Below are positions 8,460 through 17,091 of a DNA stretch of 42,504 nucleotides, in pieces. How positions within the stretch are numbered: position 1 is the first letter of the stretch; each line of letters opens with the position of its first letter. The notes beneath the pieces were generated by a model. The model was not told the origin of the DNA, made no database searches, and saw only the letters and a list, made by a program, of their open reading frames with translations. The stretch is from assembly GCA_037138355.1 (NCBI GenBank), contig JBAXIL010000011.1:1-42504 (forward strand), in the 5' to 3' direction. This DNA comes from a bacterium (GTDB lineage: Bacteria; Oederibacteriota; PGYV01; Palsa-1178). The position numbers were made by a program, and so were the translations under genes.

Positions 8460-9359
8460 CTACAAAAACACATACCCCAAAGTAAACCTATGCGAATTTC
8501 CAGCAAAATCATAAGTAGTGAAACAATAATCTATAGCAAAACCATTAAACCTAATACCCATACCAGCAGAAACCCCTGCAGCACCACCGATTTGGCTTCC
8601 CTTCATATCATATCCAGCCCGCAAAACCAAATCTATATTATTTAAAATAAAAGTTTCTTGAATTCCAAAATTAAAAAAGCTCGTATTATATTCAGGATTA
8701 TAGGTATAATCCTGAGTTAAAAATATTCCTTTAATAAAATTCTTTTCTAATGCTCCTATCTTAACGGAAAAATCAGAGGGATCAGAAACAGAAGTTTTGC
8801 TATTTGTAGCTCCCCCCAAGAAATCTCGAAATGTCAGCCCCATATCCACATACCTTTCAATCATGTGAAAAATAAATCCTGCATCAAAAGCATATCCAGA
8901 ATCCGATTGACTTTCCAAAGTTTCACTCAATATTTTCATAGATAGACCTGCATCAAACCTGCCTAAGTTTATTGCGAGCCCTGCATCAAAAACCAAATTT
9001 GAAGCAGTAAAAGTTCCACCTTTAATTCCACTTTCATCGATATAATTATCTTTCATGTAACTATAATTTATTGAAGCACCCCACGCCATAGTCGTTCCTA
9101 TCGGCATTCCAAAAGCTAAATATTCATAATTAATATCCCCTATCCATAATAAGTGAGAGAACATAACACTAATACTCCTTAATTCAGCTATCCCTGCCGG
9201 ATTATACCATAGCGATTCAATATCACCAGAAACAGCACTATACGCGCTTCCCAGGGCAGCTGACTTGGCACCAATCGCCAAATCAGACCAAGGCAAAGCT
9301 TTAATGGGCGTCATTGAAAAAACAAATACGAGTATTGTTATATATAATATTTTTTTCAT
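8460..9359 (-). CDS. PorV/PorQ-family outer-membrane beta-barrel
   Basis: Signal peptide; GAKSAALGSAYSAVSGDIESLWYNPAGIA N-terminal motif, LRAGY, G.SAG.G, IDY, SHRFTLGY.F C-terminal strand. Confidence 0.85.
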   Translation of the reverse strand: MKKILYITILVFVFSMTPIKALPWSDLAIGAKSAALGSAYSAVSGDIESLWYNPAGIAELRSISVMFSHLLWIGDINYEYLAFGMPIGTTMAWGASINYSYMKDNYIDESGIKGGTFTASNLVFDAGLAINLGRFDAGLSMKILSETLESQSDSGYAFDAGFIFHMIERYVDMGLTFRDFLGGATNSKTSVSDPSDFSVKIGALEKNFIKGIFLTQDYTYNPEYNTSFFNFGIQETFILNNIDLVLRAGYDMKGSQIGGAAGVSAGMGIRFNGFAIDYCFTTYDFAGNSHRFTLGYVFL

Positions 9360-11479
9360 TCTAATACACTAAATTTAATCATAGTTTTAGAACTATTAGT
9401 ACTTATTGTTGCAAAATATATTCCAATTGGCAAAGCTTTACCGTTTAGGTCTCGAAGATTCCAGGCCGCCCTACCCTCAGATGCAAAAATCATTTCTGAT
9501 GTTAATGTCATTATCTTAAGCAAGTTAACATTATATATTTGAATTTTACAATCACTTGTCGGTTTAAAAATAAAATTGATTAGCTGAGTCTTACTTTTCA
9601 TAAAAGGATTTGGATAAGCAAACGGCTTATCATTATCAATTATTATAGGTGTTAATGTCGGAGTAATTGTAAATGTTTCAGTAATTGTGGGAGAGTTAGT
9701 ATGCGTCTGAGTAACTGAAGATGTAATAGTTTGTGTATAAGTGTTAGTTATGGTTTGTGTGAAAGTTAGCGTGGTGGTTTGTGTCAGCGTAAAAGTTACT
9801 GTTTTAGTAAATGTGTTAGTGATTGTTTTTGTAACAGTCATAGTAAAAGTATTAGTAAAAGTAGCCGTGACAGTCGGAGTAGCTATTGAAAAATACATTG
9901 TAGTTGCTACTGGACCAACATCTCCAACATTAAAACCAGAAGCAACAGTGCTCCACCACTTAGAATTTGGAACAGTTGTATTATCAAAATTTACTACATA
10001 TCCCGCTTTATATAAATCCTGTGAGACCACAAATGAATTATTTTCTAAATGAAATTGTCCATCTGCCTGCTCAAGAGATACTAAGTAATGGCTTGCCATT
10101 GTCATTTGTTGATTATCATTACTTCCATCTCTGTCAATATGCCATATCATTAGCCCGCTATCAGGCAAATTAGTGCTACGACCAGTTTTTTGTCTGCTTT
10201 CTACATAAAATGATTCTCTTGAGTTTGCAGGATTTACAAACTTATAACTGGAAGCAGTATTAGAATCTAAATAAAATGTCCCCGTACTTGACGCATTCAA
10301 ATTTCCCAATATAGTTTCCCATCCTACAATATCTCTTAGATAAGCACTCGGTGGTGGTGGATTTTTTTTATAAGTTGTGCCAGAACCCATTAAATCATAA
10401 TAACCCACACCCGCGGAATCGTGACCATAATCGTACAAATCAGGCCAGCCCATAAGCATATGACCATTTTCATGGCAGAAAGTGGCAATAGTGAGCTCAT
10501 CCACACCAGTAGCACTTCTCATGTTTGTGATCTGATAATCACCTGCTGTTAAACTGCCCGAAGTAAAACTATAAAATCCCATACTTGAAGAATGTGGCCA
10601 AAGACCTTCTCCCCAATTATTAGTACATTGTCCAGCATAGAAAACATTAATAGCCGTTATATAACCACCTGCGTTTGAAAGTGTAGTAAAATCGAAAGAA
10701 TAAACATTTTTCAAATTATTTAATGCTTCACTAATAAGTTCCTGTGCCGCTTCCGAATATGTTCTCGTTGGATCTGTATAATATGATTTATTATGCAAAG
10801 CTGTATAATAATTAGTTACATAATTTGTATAATCCAAATGATTATTTGATACATCTTTATAAAAGTCTCTTACAGAGCCATTATTTCCAAACTCAGTATA
10901 GCCAATCAGATTCGCAAAATTTTCTACCTGCGTTTTTGTAATCGTTGCTGGCTCATCGGGAAAATCAATCAGAAGTATTAATCCTTTATAACTCCCTGTC
11001 ACATTTGCAGCATTATACGAGGTAGATTTAGCTCCCAGCGTAGAAAGAGAAGAGGTATTAGAAATTGAATGCATTTTTTGGTAAATTCGGTTTTGTCTTT
11101 TTTCACTAATTGTCTGCATTATTGTTTCGCTATTAATATGTAGGTGTTTTTTCAAAAGATTGCCAGTTCTATCTCTTAATCCATGTTTATCCGCATAAAT
11201 ATCTGACAGATTATTATAAGTGATTCCTGTTGAAATTAATGTTTTCCCATCTGTTGATAATTTCGCAAAACAAATTATTCTTGTTTTAGGATCAACAATT
11301 AGAGAATGACCTCTTAACGACTCGGCCAATATATAATATTCATCACCATAAAGCTTAACATCTACAAATGAGCCATCTGGTTGTTTAAATTTATATAGTT
11401 CACCCGAATATGGCGCTGCCGAAATAAATGGTAAAAAGCAGAATATGCTTAAAATAACATATATGAGTATTTTTTTCAT
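9356..11479 (-). CDS. Secreted M6-family (immune inhibitor A-like) metalloprotease with T-x-T tract and YPNPF/FlgD-like C-terminal domain
   Basis: ATG at 11479 with GGAG RBS; propeptide QPDG...GDEY; LILLIDFPD, GSVRDFY.DVS, HENGH.L.G.PDLYD zinc motif, DLMGSG Met-turn. Confidence 0.9.
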   Translation of the reverse strand: MKKILIYVILSIFCFLPFISAAPYSGELYKFKQPDGSFVDVKLYGDEYYILAESLRGHSLIVDPKTRIICFAKLSTDGKTLISTGITYNNLSDIYADKHGLRDRTGNLLKKHLHINSETIMQTISEKRQNRIYQKMHSISNTSSLSTLGAKSTSYNAANVTGSYKGLILLIDFPDEPATITKTQVENFANLIGYTEFGNNGSVRDFYKDVSNNHLDYTNYVTNYYTALHNKSYYTDPTRTYSEAAQELISEALNNLKNVYSFDFTTLSNAGGYITAINVFYAGQCTNNWGEGLWPHSSSMGFYSFTSGSLTAGDYQITNMRSATGVDELTIATFCHENGHMLMGWPDLYDYGHDSAGVGYYDLMGSGTTYKKNPPPPSAYLRDIVGWETILGNLNASSTGTFYLDSNTASSYKFVNPANSRESFYVESRQKTGRSTNLPDSGLMIWHIDRDGSNDNQQMTMASHYLVSLEQADGQFHLENNSFVVSQDLYKAGYVVNFDNTTVPNSKWWSTVASGFNVGDVGPVATTMYFSIATPTVTATFTNTFTMTVTKTITNTFTKTVTFTLTQTTTLTFTQTITNTYTQTITSSVTQTHTNSPTITETFTITPTLTPIIIDNDKPFAYPNPFMKSKTQLINFIFKPTSDCKIQIYNVNLLKIMTLTSEMIFASEGRAAWNLRDLNGKALPIGIYFATISTNSSKTMIKFSVLE

Positions 11480-11524
11480 TTTGCTCCAAATCATTATTAT
11501 TTAGCCATCATACTTAAACCGGTT

Positions 11525-11710
11525 TTATTGACACTTCTCTTCCCATACTCTAAGGCATTTATGTTTCGCTTCACACCAAGAGTAACCGGCGCTGCCAATG
11601 CAGCCGTGACTATCTTTGTCCCCGCCAATTAAAGGCTTATCTGCTTTTATTGTTGCACAACCAAAGATGCAGAAGGACAAAATTAATAATAATATTGTTT
11701 TAACAAACAT
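11525..11710 (-). CDS. Small Cys-rich lipoprotein with GGDxDxHGCxxSAGYxWC domain
   Basis: Lipobox IFGC; GGDKDSHGCIGSAGYSWCEAKHKCLRVWEEKC is a recognisable widespread motif of unknown function. Confidence 0.8.
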   Translation of the reverse strand: MFVKTILLLILSFCIFGCATIKADKPLIGGDKDSHGCIGSAGYSWCEAKHKCLRVWEEKCQ

Positions 11711-11721
11711 TTATTATTTAA

Positions 11722-12453
11722 TTAAAACCCAAAACTTAAATTCAAGCCCACAATAAGACCAGCAAAATCAAAAGGCATATTGTTACCGTTTTCCTTTTTG
11801 AGAACCTCATCCTTTTTCACTCCAAGATCCACATTATCAGCAGCCCATTTTAATTCTGGAATATTGGCAATTCTGTAACCAACAACTAAACCACCTGCTA
11901 TAGGTCCTAAACCAACATTTACTTTTGCATCTACTTCTCCAACAAATCCCCCACCATAGAACATTGCACTTTTGCTTACTTCAACTGATGATATTTTGGT
12001 GCTATAAGTCGCACTATCAATAGAGAAAGCATATCCAGCATGTACCCCACCACCAAAAGAAAATGGTAATCCAGGAAGCGAAACAACAAAAGTTGCTCCA
12101 CCCATTACTGGAATTAAAGAAGCTGCATAAATATATTTCAAGTATTCAGAACCAGAGGTTAGATCGACCCCTCCTGAAATTCCACCAATAAATTCAATTT
12201 TTGGACCTATTGAAAGTCCAGGTATAGGTGATAACCCCGTCTCCGCGCCTACTATAAAACCTTGTGTAAATTTCGTCATTTTTTTTGTAATAGCAGGATC
12301 TGGTGTAATGCTATCATTCAAATTTTGTATTTGCGTGTTCATTTCTCCCATCGTCACCGTAGTATAACCACCAAATAAACTAAAATCAAATCCAGCCTTT
12401 ACAGAAAAAGCAAAAAACACTAAAGCTAATACCACTAACAGATTTTTTTTCAT
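11722..12453 (-). CDS. Outer-membrane beta-barrel protein
   Basis: Start moved to ATG 12453 (AAGGAG RBS, MKKNLLVVLALVFFAFSVKA signal peptide); amphipathic strands; C-terminal GLNLSFGF. Confidence 0.75.
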   Translation of the reverse strand: MKKNLLVVLALVFFAFSVKAGFDFSLFGGYTTVTMGEMNTQIQNLNDSITPDPAITKKMTKFTQGFIVGAETGLSPIPGLSIGPKIEFIGGISGGVDLTSGSEYLKYIYAASLIPVMGGATFVVSLPGLPFSFGGGVHAGYAFSIDSATYSTKISSVEVSKSAMFYGGGFVGEVDAKVNVGLGPIAGGLVVGYRIANIPELKWAADNVDLGVKKDEVLKKENGNNMPFDFAGLIVGLNLSFGF

Positions 12454-12473
12454 TTTCTTCTCCTTTGTTTTTT

Positions 12474-12575
12474 TTATTTTGGAAAATTTACTATATGCCC
12501 AAGCCAAAAAATAAACGGAAACATAATCGCATGCAAAACAAACCACATTGGTTTTGGAAATTTAAATTTGTCCAT
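12474..12575 (-). CDS. Unannotated 33-aa single-TM small protein
   Basis: MDKFKFPKPMWFVLHAIMFPFIFWLGHIVNFPK*; GGAGG formed by the last codons of the upstream gene lies 9 nt before the ATG; resembles the upstream protein's last helix. Confidence 0.7.
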   Translation of the reverse strand: MDKFKFPKPMWFVLHAIMFPFIFWLGHIVNFPK

Positions 12576-12581
12576 GTTTAT

Positions 12582-13043
12582 TTACCTCCACAATATGTTT
12601 CCGAGAAAATACACAACGGAAAGAAGTATTAAATGCACATACCAAAACCCCATATGTGGGTATCTAAAATATTGCCAAAACTTAGGTTTAAAAGCTTCAT
12701 TCTCAAGATTAAAAATTTCTATACAAAAAATCGCTCTTCCTATATAAAGTTTTGCTATTAGAATTAGTGTTACCGCAATCATAGGCGATTTAACTATTGA
12801 AAAATGTACCATTGTAATTACACCTATTATGACAGTAAATCCATTAAGAATATATGCCCAGTGAATTGTTTTGCGAAACATAAAGAATAAAGGAATAATA
12901 ACTACGCTTATTATTGCAGAAATCAGTGGCACCCAACCATAAAAATGCTTAGCCACTGGATGATAACCGTAATGCATGATGGCTCCACCTAAAGCGAGCA
13001 AGAACAAAACAAAAATTAATAGATGCTTTACATACTTCTTCAC
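12582..13043 (-). CDS. Multi-pass membrane protein of unknown function with His residues in or next to TM helices
   Basis: GTG start with AGGAGG RBS; about 5 hydrophobic helices; GGAIMHYGYHP, TMVHF, WYVHL. Confidence 0.75.
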   Translation of the reverse strand: MKKYVKHLLIFVLFLLALGGAIMHYGYHPVAKHFYGWVPLISAIISVVIIPLFFMFRKTIHWAYILNGFTVIIGVITMVHFSIVKSPMIAVTLILIAKLYIGRAIFCIEIFNLENEAFKPKFWQYFRYPHMGFWYVHLILLSVVYFLGNILWR

Positions 13044-13094
13044 GACGCCCTCCTATGCAATTAAAATATGAGTTGCGTAATATATATTTTCACC

Positions 13095-14303
13095 TTAAGA
13101 CCTATAGCCCCTACCTCTGCCTTTTCCTTTAAACTTTCTTCCTGACGAAAAAGCTGGCAAAGATGCTTCAAACTTTTCAAGAGGAAGATTGTCCGGTGTA
13201 GATATAGGAATTACTGTTCTTATTATATTTTCTATGCTCTTCAAATCCCCACGCTGGTCAGGAGTCGCAAAAGATATAGCATGACCTTTAAGTCCCGCCC
13301 TACCTGTGCGGCCAATTCTATGAACATAATTTTCAGGATCATCTGGCAAATCATAATTAATAACTACTTCTATGCCACTCACATCTATTCCCCTTGCCGC
13401 TATATCAGTCGCCACAAGTATTCTGTGTTTTCCTGATTTAAAACCTGCAAGTGCTTCTTTGCGCTGCGCCATAGTGCGATCAGAATGTATTTCAGCAGCA
13501 CGATGACTGGAGTTTCTCAAGGACTGTGCAACTTTATGCGCGCCTCTTTTTGTTCTTGTAAAAAGAAGTATTGAGCCCGTGTGTTTTTTTAATAATTCAA
13601 GAAGCACTGTTGCTTTAAGTTCTTTTTTTACCACAAGCACTTCTTGTGATACCAAATCAGAAGCCGTTCCCTGTGGAGCGATTTCCGTTCTTACAGGAAG
13701 TTTCATATGATTTGAAGCTATAGAAACTATACTCGAAGGCATAGTTGCTGAAAACAACATGGTTTGTCTATCCTTAGGTATCATTCGCAATATGCGATCT
13801 ATCTGCGGCATGAAACCCATATCAAGCATTCTATCTGCTTCATCCAAAATTAAAATAGTTGTGTCGTCAATTCTTGTTGTTCGTCTTTCTATATGATCCA
13901 AAAGTCGTCCAGGCGTTGCAATCAAGATTCTTGGATTAGCTTTTAAATCATTAACCTGATGGAACATAGATTCTCCACCGATTAATACCGCTGTTTTCAT
14001 TCCAACAGCAGGCACAAGCTTCATGATGGTTTCATTTACCTGAACTGCCAGTTCTCTTGTAGGCACTACTATAAGGCCTTTACCCTTAGTTGTAAGCGCC
14101 AAACGCTGAACCATAGGTATGCCAAAAGCCAGCGTCTTACCTGTGCCAGTTTGCGCTATACCTATAATATCTTTACCTTCAATGCCTATTGGAATAGCCT
14201 TTAATTGTATAGGCGTAGGCGTAGTAAACTTAAGCTTCTCTATTACTTCTATCAGGCCCGGCGCGATCCCCAAGCCATAAAAATTGTTTTCTGTGTTTGT
14301 CAT
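13095..14303 (-). CDS. DEAD-box ATP-dependent RNA helicase (RhlE-like)
   Basis: Q motif PTPIQ, AQTGTGKT, PTRELA, TPGRL, DEAD, SAT, ARGIDV, YVHRIGRTGRAG. Confidence 0.96.
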   Translation of the reverse strand: MTNTENNFYGLGIAPGLIEVIEKLKFTTPTPIQLKAIPIGIEGKDIIGIAQTGTGKTLAFGIPMVQRLALTTKGKGLIVVPTRELAVQVNETIMKLVPAVGMKTAVLIGGESMFHQVNDLKANPRILIATPGRLLDHIERRTTRIDDTTILILDEADRMLDMGFMPQIDRILRMIPKDRQTMLFSATMPSSIVSIASNHMKLPVRTEIAPQGTASDLVSQEVLVVKKELKATVLLELLKKHTGSILLFTRTKRGAHKVAQSLRNSSHRAAEIHSDRTMAQRKEALAGFKSGKHRILVATDIAARGIDVSGIEVVINYDLPDDPENYVHRIGRTGRAGLKGHAISFATPDQRGDLKSIENIIRTVIPISTPDNLPLEKFEASLPAFSSGRKFKGKGRGRGYRS

Positions 14304-14309
14304 ACTAAT

Positions 14310-14318
14310 ATAATAGCA
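14310..14318 (-). promoter_or_regulatory. Extended -10 promoter (TG-C-TATTAT) 6 nt before the helicase ATG
   Basis: Minus strand TGCTATTATATTAGTATG; no Shine-Dalgarno. Confidence 0.55.
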
Positions 14319-14476
14319 TTAAAGCCCTTAAATTTCTACATAAAATTATTTTTTTGAATATCTTAACCACATTTCTTATTAATCAATACTTGCATTTATA
14401 ACTTATACTTGTAAATATTACTTGTTCATAAGACATTATTGTTTTATATTGTATATAAGACCAAATAAGGAGAACT

Positions 14477-15946
14477 ATGAAAAATAAGCATATAATATTT
14501 ATAATATTTGCCGTAGTTACTTTAATACGACTAATATACATTAATTATCTTCCCCTACTCGGAGATGAAGCGTATTATTGGCAGTGGGCAAGACATCTTG
14601 ACTGGGGATATTATGAACAAGGTCCAGTAGTTGCCCTTGTAATTTGGATTTTTACTTTCTTCACTAAAATAAGCACTGTTTTCACCATTCGCCTCGGAAG
14701 CGTTATACTGTCTCTTGCCACAATGATTATAATGTATTTCACTTACAAAAGATTTAGACCTACTGATAAAGATGATAAAGAAAATCTTATTAATATATTA
14801 TTAATTAATGCTTCACTAATTTATGCTATAGGCGCTGTATTAATGATGCATGACACTGTCATGGTATTCTTTTATTCTTTATTTCTTTACAACCTCACAT
14901 ACCTTATAAAAGAACCTATAAAAAATAGTTATTGGTGTTACGCTGGTATTTTACTCGGCCTTGGTATCATGTCAAAGTTAACTATGGGTACTACCTATCT
15001 TGGAATAATTGTCTTCCTCTTGCTAACAGGAACTTTTAAAAAATACTTGAAGGGCTTTCTTTTATTATCACTATTTACATTAATTTTCAGTCTTCCTTAT
15101 ATTTATTGGAATTTCACTCACGACTTCGCCACAGTTCAATATTTATTAATTCGCGGAGGAGCCACAAGCCCTTTTACCTTTAAGTATTTTATAGAACTAT
15201 TATTTTCACAGATAGGACTTATCTCGCCACTACTTATTATTATTTTTATTCCTGCTTTTATAAAGAACATAAAAAAACCATCATTTAATTTGAATTTCGC
15301 CTTCAGCACATTATTTTGGGCTTCTATAATTCCATTCTTTATTTTAAGTTTTAAAAGTCGAATTGAAGCCAACTGGCCTATCTTTGCTTTTCTACCTTTA
15401 TTCTTTTTGACTTCTGAATATTTAGTTTCCCTAAAACCAAAACTTTTTAAAATAATTTCCTTTACCGTTATCTTTCCAAGTATTATCCTAATAACACTCG
15501 CTTTCACTCAGGCAGTCAAACCAATTATCACAATACCAGAAAAAAATAATCCACTTAATAAAAGCTATGGATATAAAGAACTCGCCACTGAACTTGACAC
15601 TATTTATACTTCTACTCCTGATAAAGCTAAAATATTTTTGGCTTCACGACATTATCAAATGGCAAGTTTACTAAGTTTTTATATGTCCAGACAGCCATAT
15701 TTCCATGTTTTGTTGAAGCACGAATCAAATAAAAATTACAGATTTTGGAATAATACCCAAGCCCTCAATGGACAAAATTGTTTGTTTATATACACAGAAC
15801 CATGGGAAAGCTGGGAAATGTCAGAACTCTTTAACAAGCGGATCTATACCAGAGAAATTGATGTTGCCTTACCTGGCCTTAGCATGAGAAAATATTACAT
15901 TGACTATTTTGAAGGGTTAAAACAAACAAAGGAAATCATTAAATGA
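14477..15946 (+). CDS. ArnT/PMT-like GT-C membrane glycosyltransferase
   Basis: DEAYYWQWARHLDWGYYEQGP, GLGIMSK, PYIYWN, EANW; many TM helices. Confidence 0.88.
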   Translation: MKNKHIIFIIFAVVTLIRLIYINYLPLLGDEAYYWQWARHLDWGYYEQGPVVALVIWIFTFFTKISTVFTIRLGSVILSLATMIIMYFTYKRFRPTDKDDKENLINILLINASLIYAIGAVLMMHDTVMVFFYSLFLYNLTYLIKEPIKNSYWCYAGILLGLGIMSKLTMGTTYLGIIVFLLLTGTFKKYLKGFLLLSLFTLIFSLPYIYWNFTHDFATVQYLLIRGGATSPFTFKYFIELLFSQIGLISPLLIIIFIPAFIKNIKKPSFNLNFAFSTLFWASIIPFFILSFKSRIEANWPIFAFLPLFFLTSEYLVSLKPKLFKIISFTVIFPSIILITLAFTQAVKPIITIPEKNNPLNKSYGYKELATELDTIYTSTPDKAKIFLASRHYQMASLLSFYMSRQPYFHVLLKHESNKNYRFWNNTQALNGQNCLFIYTEPWESWEMSELFNKRIYTREIDVALPGLSMRKYYIDYFEGLKQTKEIIK

Positions 15947-17091
15947 AGATTCTCAATAAAAGTATAATCAAAGAAGTTTCTATGGTGTCTTTAATAGGTT
16001 TTTTTATATTTACTTTTTTTCTTGTTATGAATTCCCTTTTTGTAATGAGCGACCTTGTAATAGAATATGGCGTTAGCATCTTTAGAGTCACACAACTGTT
16101 ATTTCTGTTACTCCCATCTACCGTGGCGGTGACAGTACCAATGGCTTTTTTAGTTGGAGTTTTGCTTACTTACTCCAGAATGGTTCAGGATAATGAATAT
16201 CACGGCATGCAGGCCTCTGGGATAAGCGTAAAAGCCATAGTCATGCCGTCTATATATCTTGCGATATTTGTAACAATTATGATGATTTTATTCAACAATT
16301 ACACCTTACCTGCCGCTAATCTTTCTTATAAAAAAATATATTATGACATTATAAAGAAACGCTCAAGTATCATAGTGCAGAAACATATTTTTATTAACGA
16401 TTTTGATGATTATGTTTTTTATATTGGTGACAAAGACAATAAAAACGACTTATTAAAAAATGTCATAGTATTTGTTAAAGATAATTCCGGCACAAACTCT
16501 CCAGCAAAAGTAATTTTATCCCGCGAGGGCGAGATTATCAGTGACGAGAAGAGTTATCGACTTGCCTTAAAACTCAAAAACGGTACTATACAACTTGCGT
16601 CTTATGCTGATCCTGATAAATTAAGTCAAATATTTTTTAATACCAATTATGTGGACCTTGATATGAAAAACCTCCTCAAAAATAAAAACGACACAGACGA
16701 TATGAAAGGCACAAGAGAAATGACTGGCGAAGAGATATCAGCAGAAATAAAAAAAGGAAAACAAAGTAAACATGATAAGAATTGGCTATTTATTGAATTT
16801 CATAAAAAATTTTCTATTCCCTTCGCAGTTATTGCTTTTGCTATAATCGGGATTCCTCTTGGTCTGATGACAAGAAAGGGCGGCCGTATCGGGGGCATTG
16901 CCTACTCTCTCGTACTTATATTTATATATTATGTTTTATTATCCATAGGTCAAAATTATGGCTACAAAGGACAAATGAATTATTTTTTAGCTGTTTGGCT
17001 ACCAAATATATTTTTAGCAGGCGCAGGAATGCTTCTGTTAATATTTATGGGCATAAAACACATATTTAAAAGACAAGTGACTTTAAAATGA
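15943..17091 (+). CDS. lptF: LPS export ABC permease LptF
   Basis: TVPMAFLVGVLLTYSRMVQDNE, EFHKKFSIPFA...GIPLG, AVWLPNI; tandem with LptG. Confidence 0.9.
   Translation: MKILNKSIIKEVSMVSLIGFFIFTFFLVMNSLFVMSDLVIEYGVSIFRVTQLLFLLLPSTVAVTVPMAFLVGVLLTYSRMVQDNEYHGMQASGISVKAIVMPSIYLAIFVTIMMILFNNYTLPAANLSYKKIYYDIIKKRSSIIVQKHIFINDFDDYVFYIGDKDNKNDLLKNVIVFVKDNSGTNSPAKVILSREGEIISDEKSYRLALKLKNGTIQLASYADPDKLSQIFFNTNYVDLDMKNLLKNKNDTDDMKGTREMTGEEISAEIKKGKQSKHDKNWLFIEFHKKFSIPFAVIAFAIIGIPLGLMTRKGGRIGGIAYSLVLIFIYYVLLSIGQNYGYKGQMNYFLAVWLPNIFLAGAGMLLLIFMGIKHIFKRQVTLK

Noticed and set aside
11632..11657. Near match TGCAAC-N15-GCCTT to the ECF motif, ~150 nt upstream of the M6 protease
   Set aside because: One mismatch, no GTAGAAG block and inside a coding region; plausibly chance.
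12454..12546. 31-aa N-terminal extension of the barrel ORF in the track
   Set aside because: The RBS and signal peptide point to ATG 12453; the region is better explained by the 33-aa ORF in another frame.
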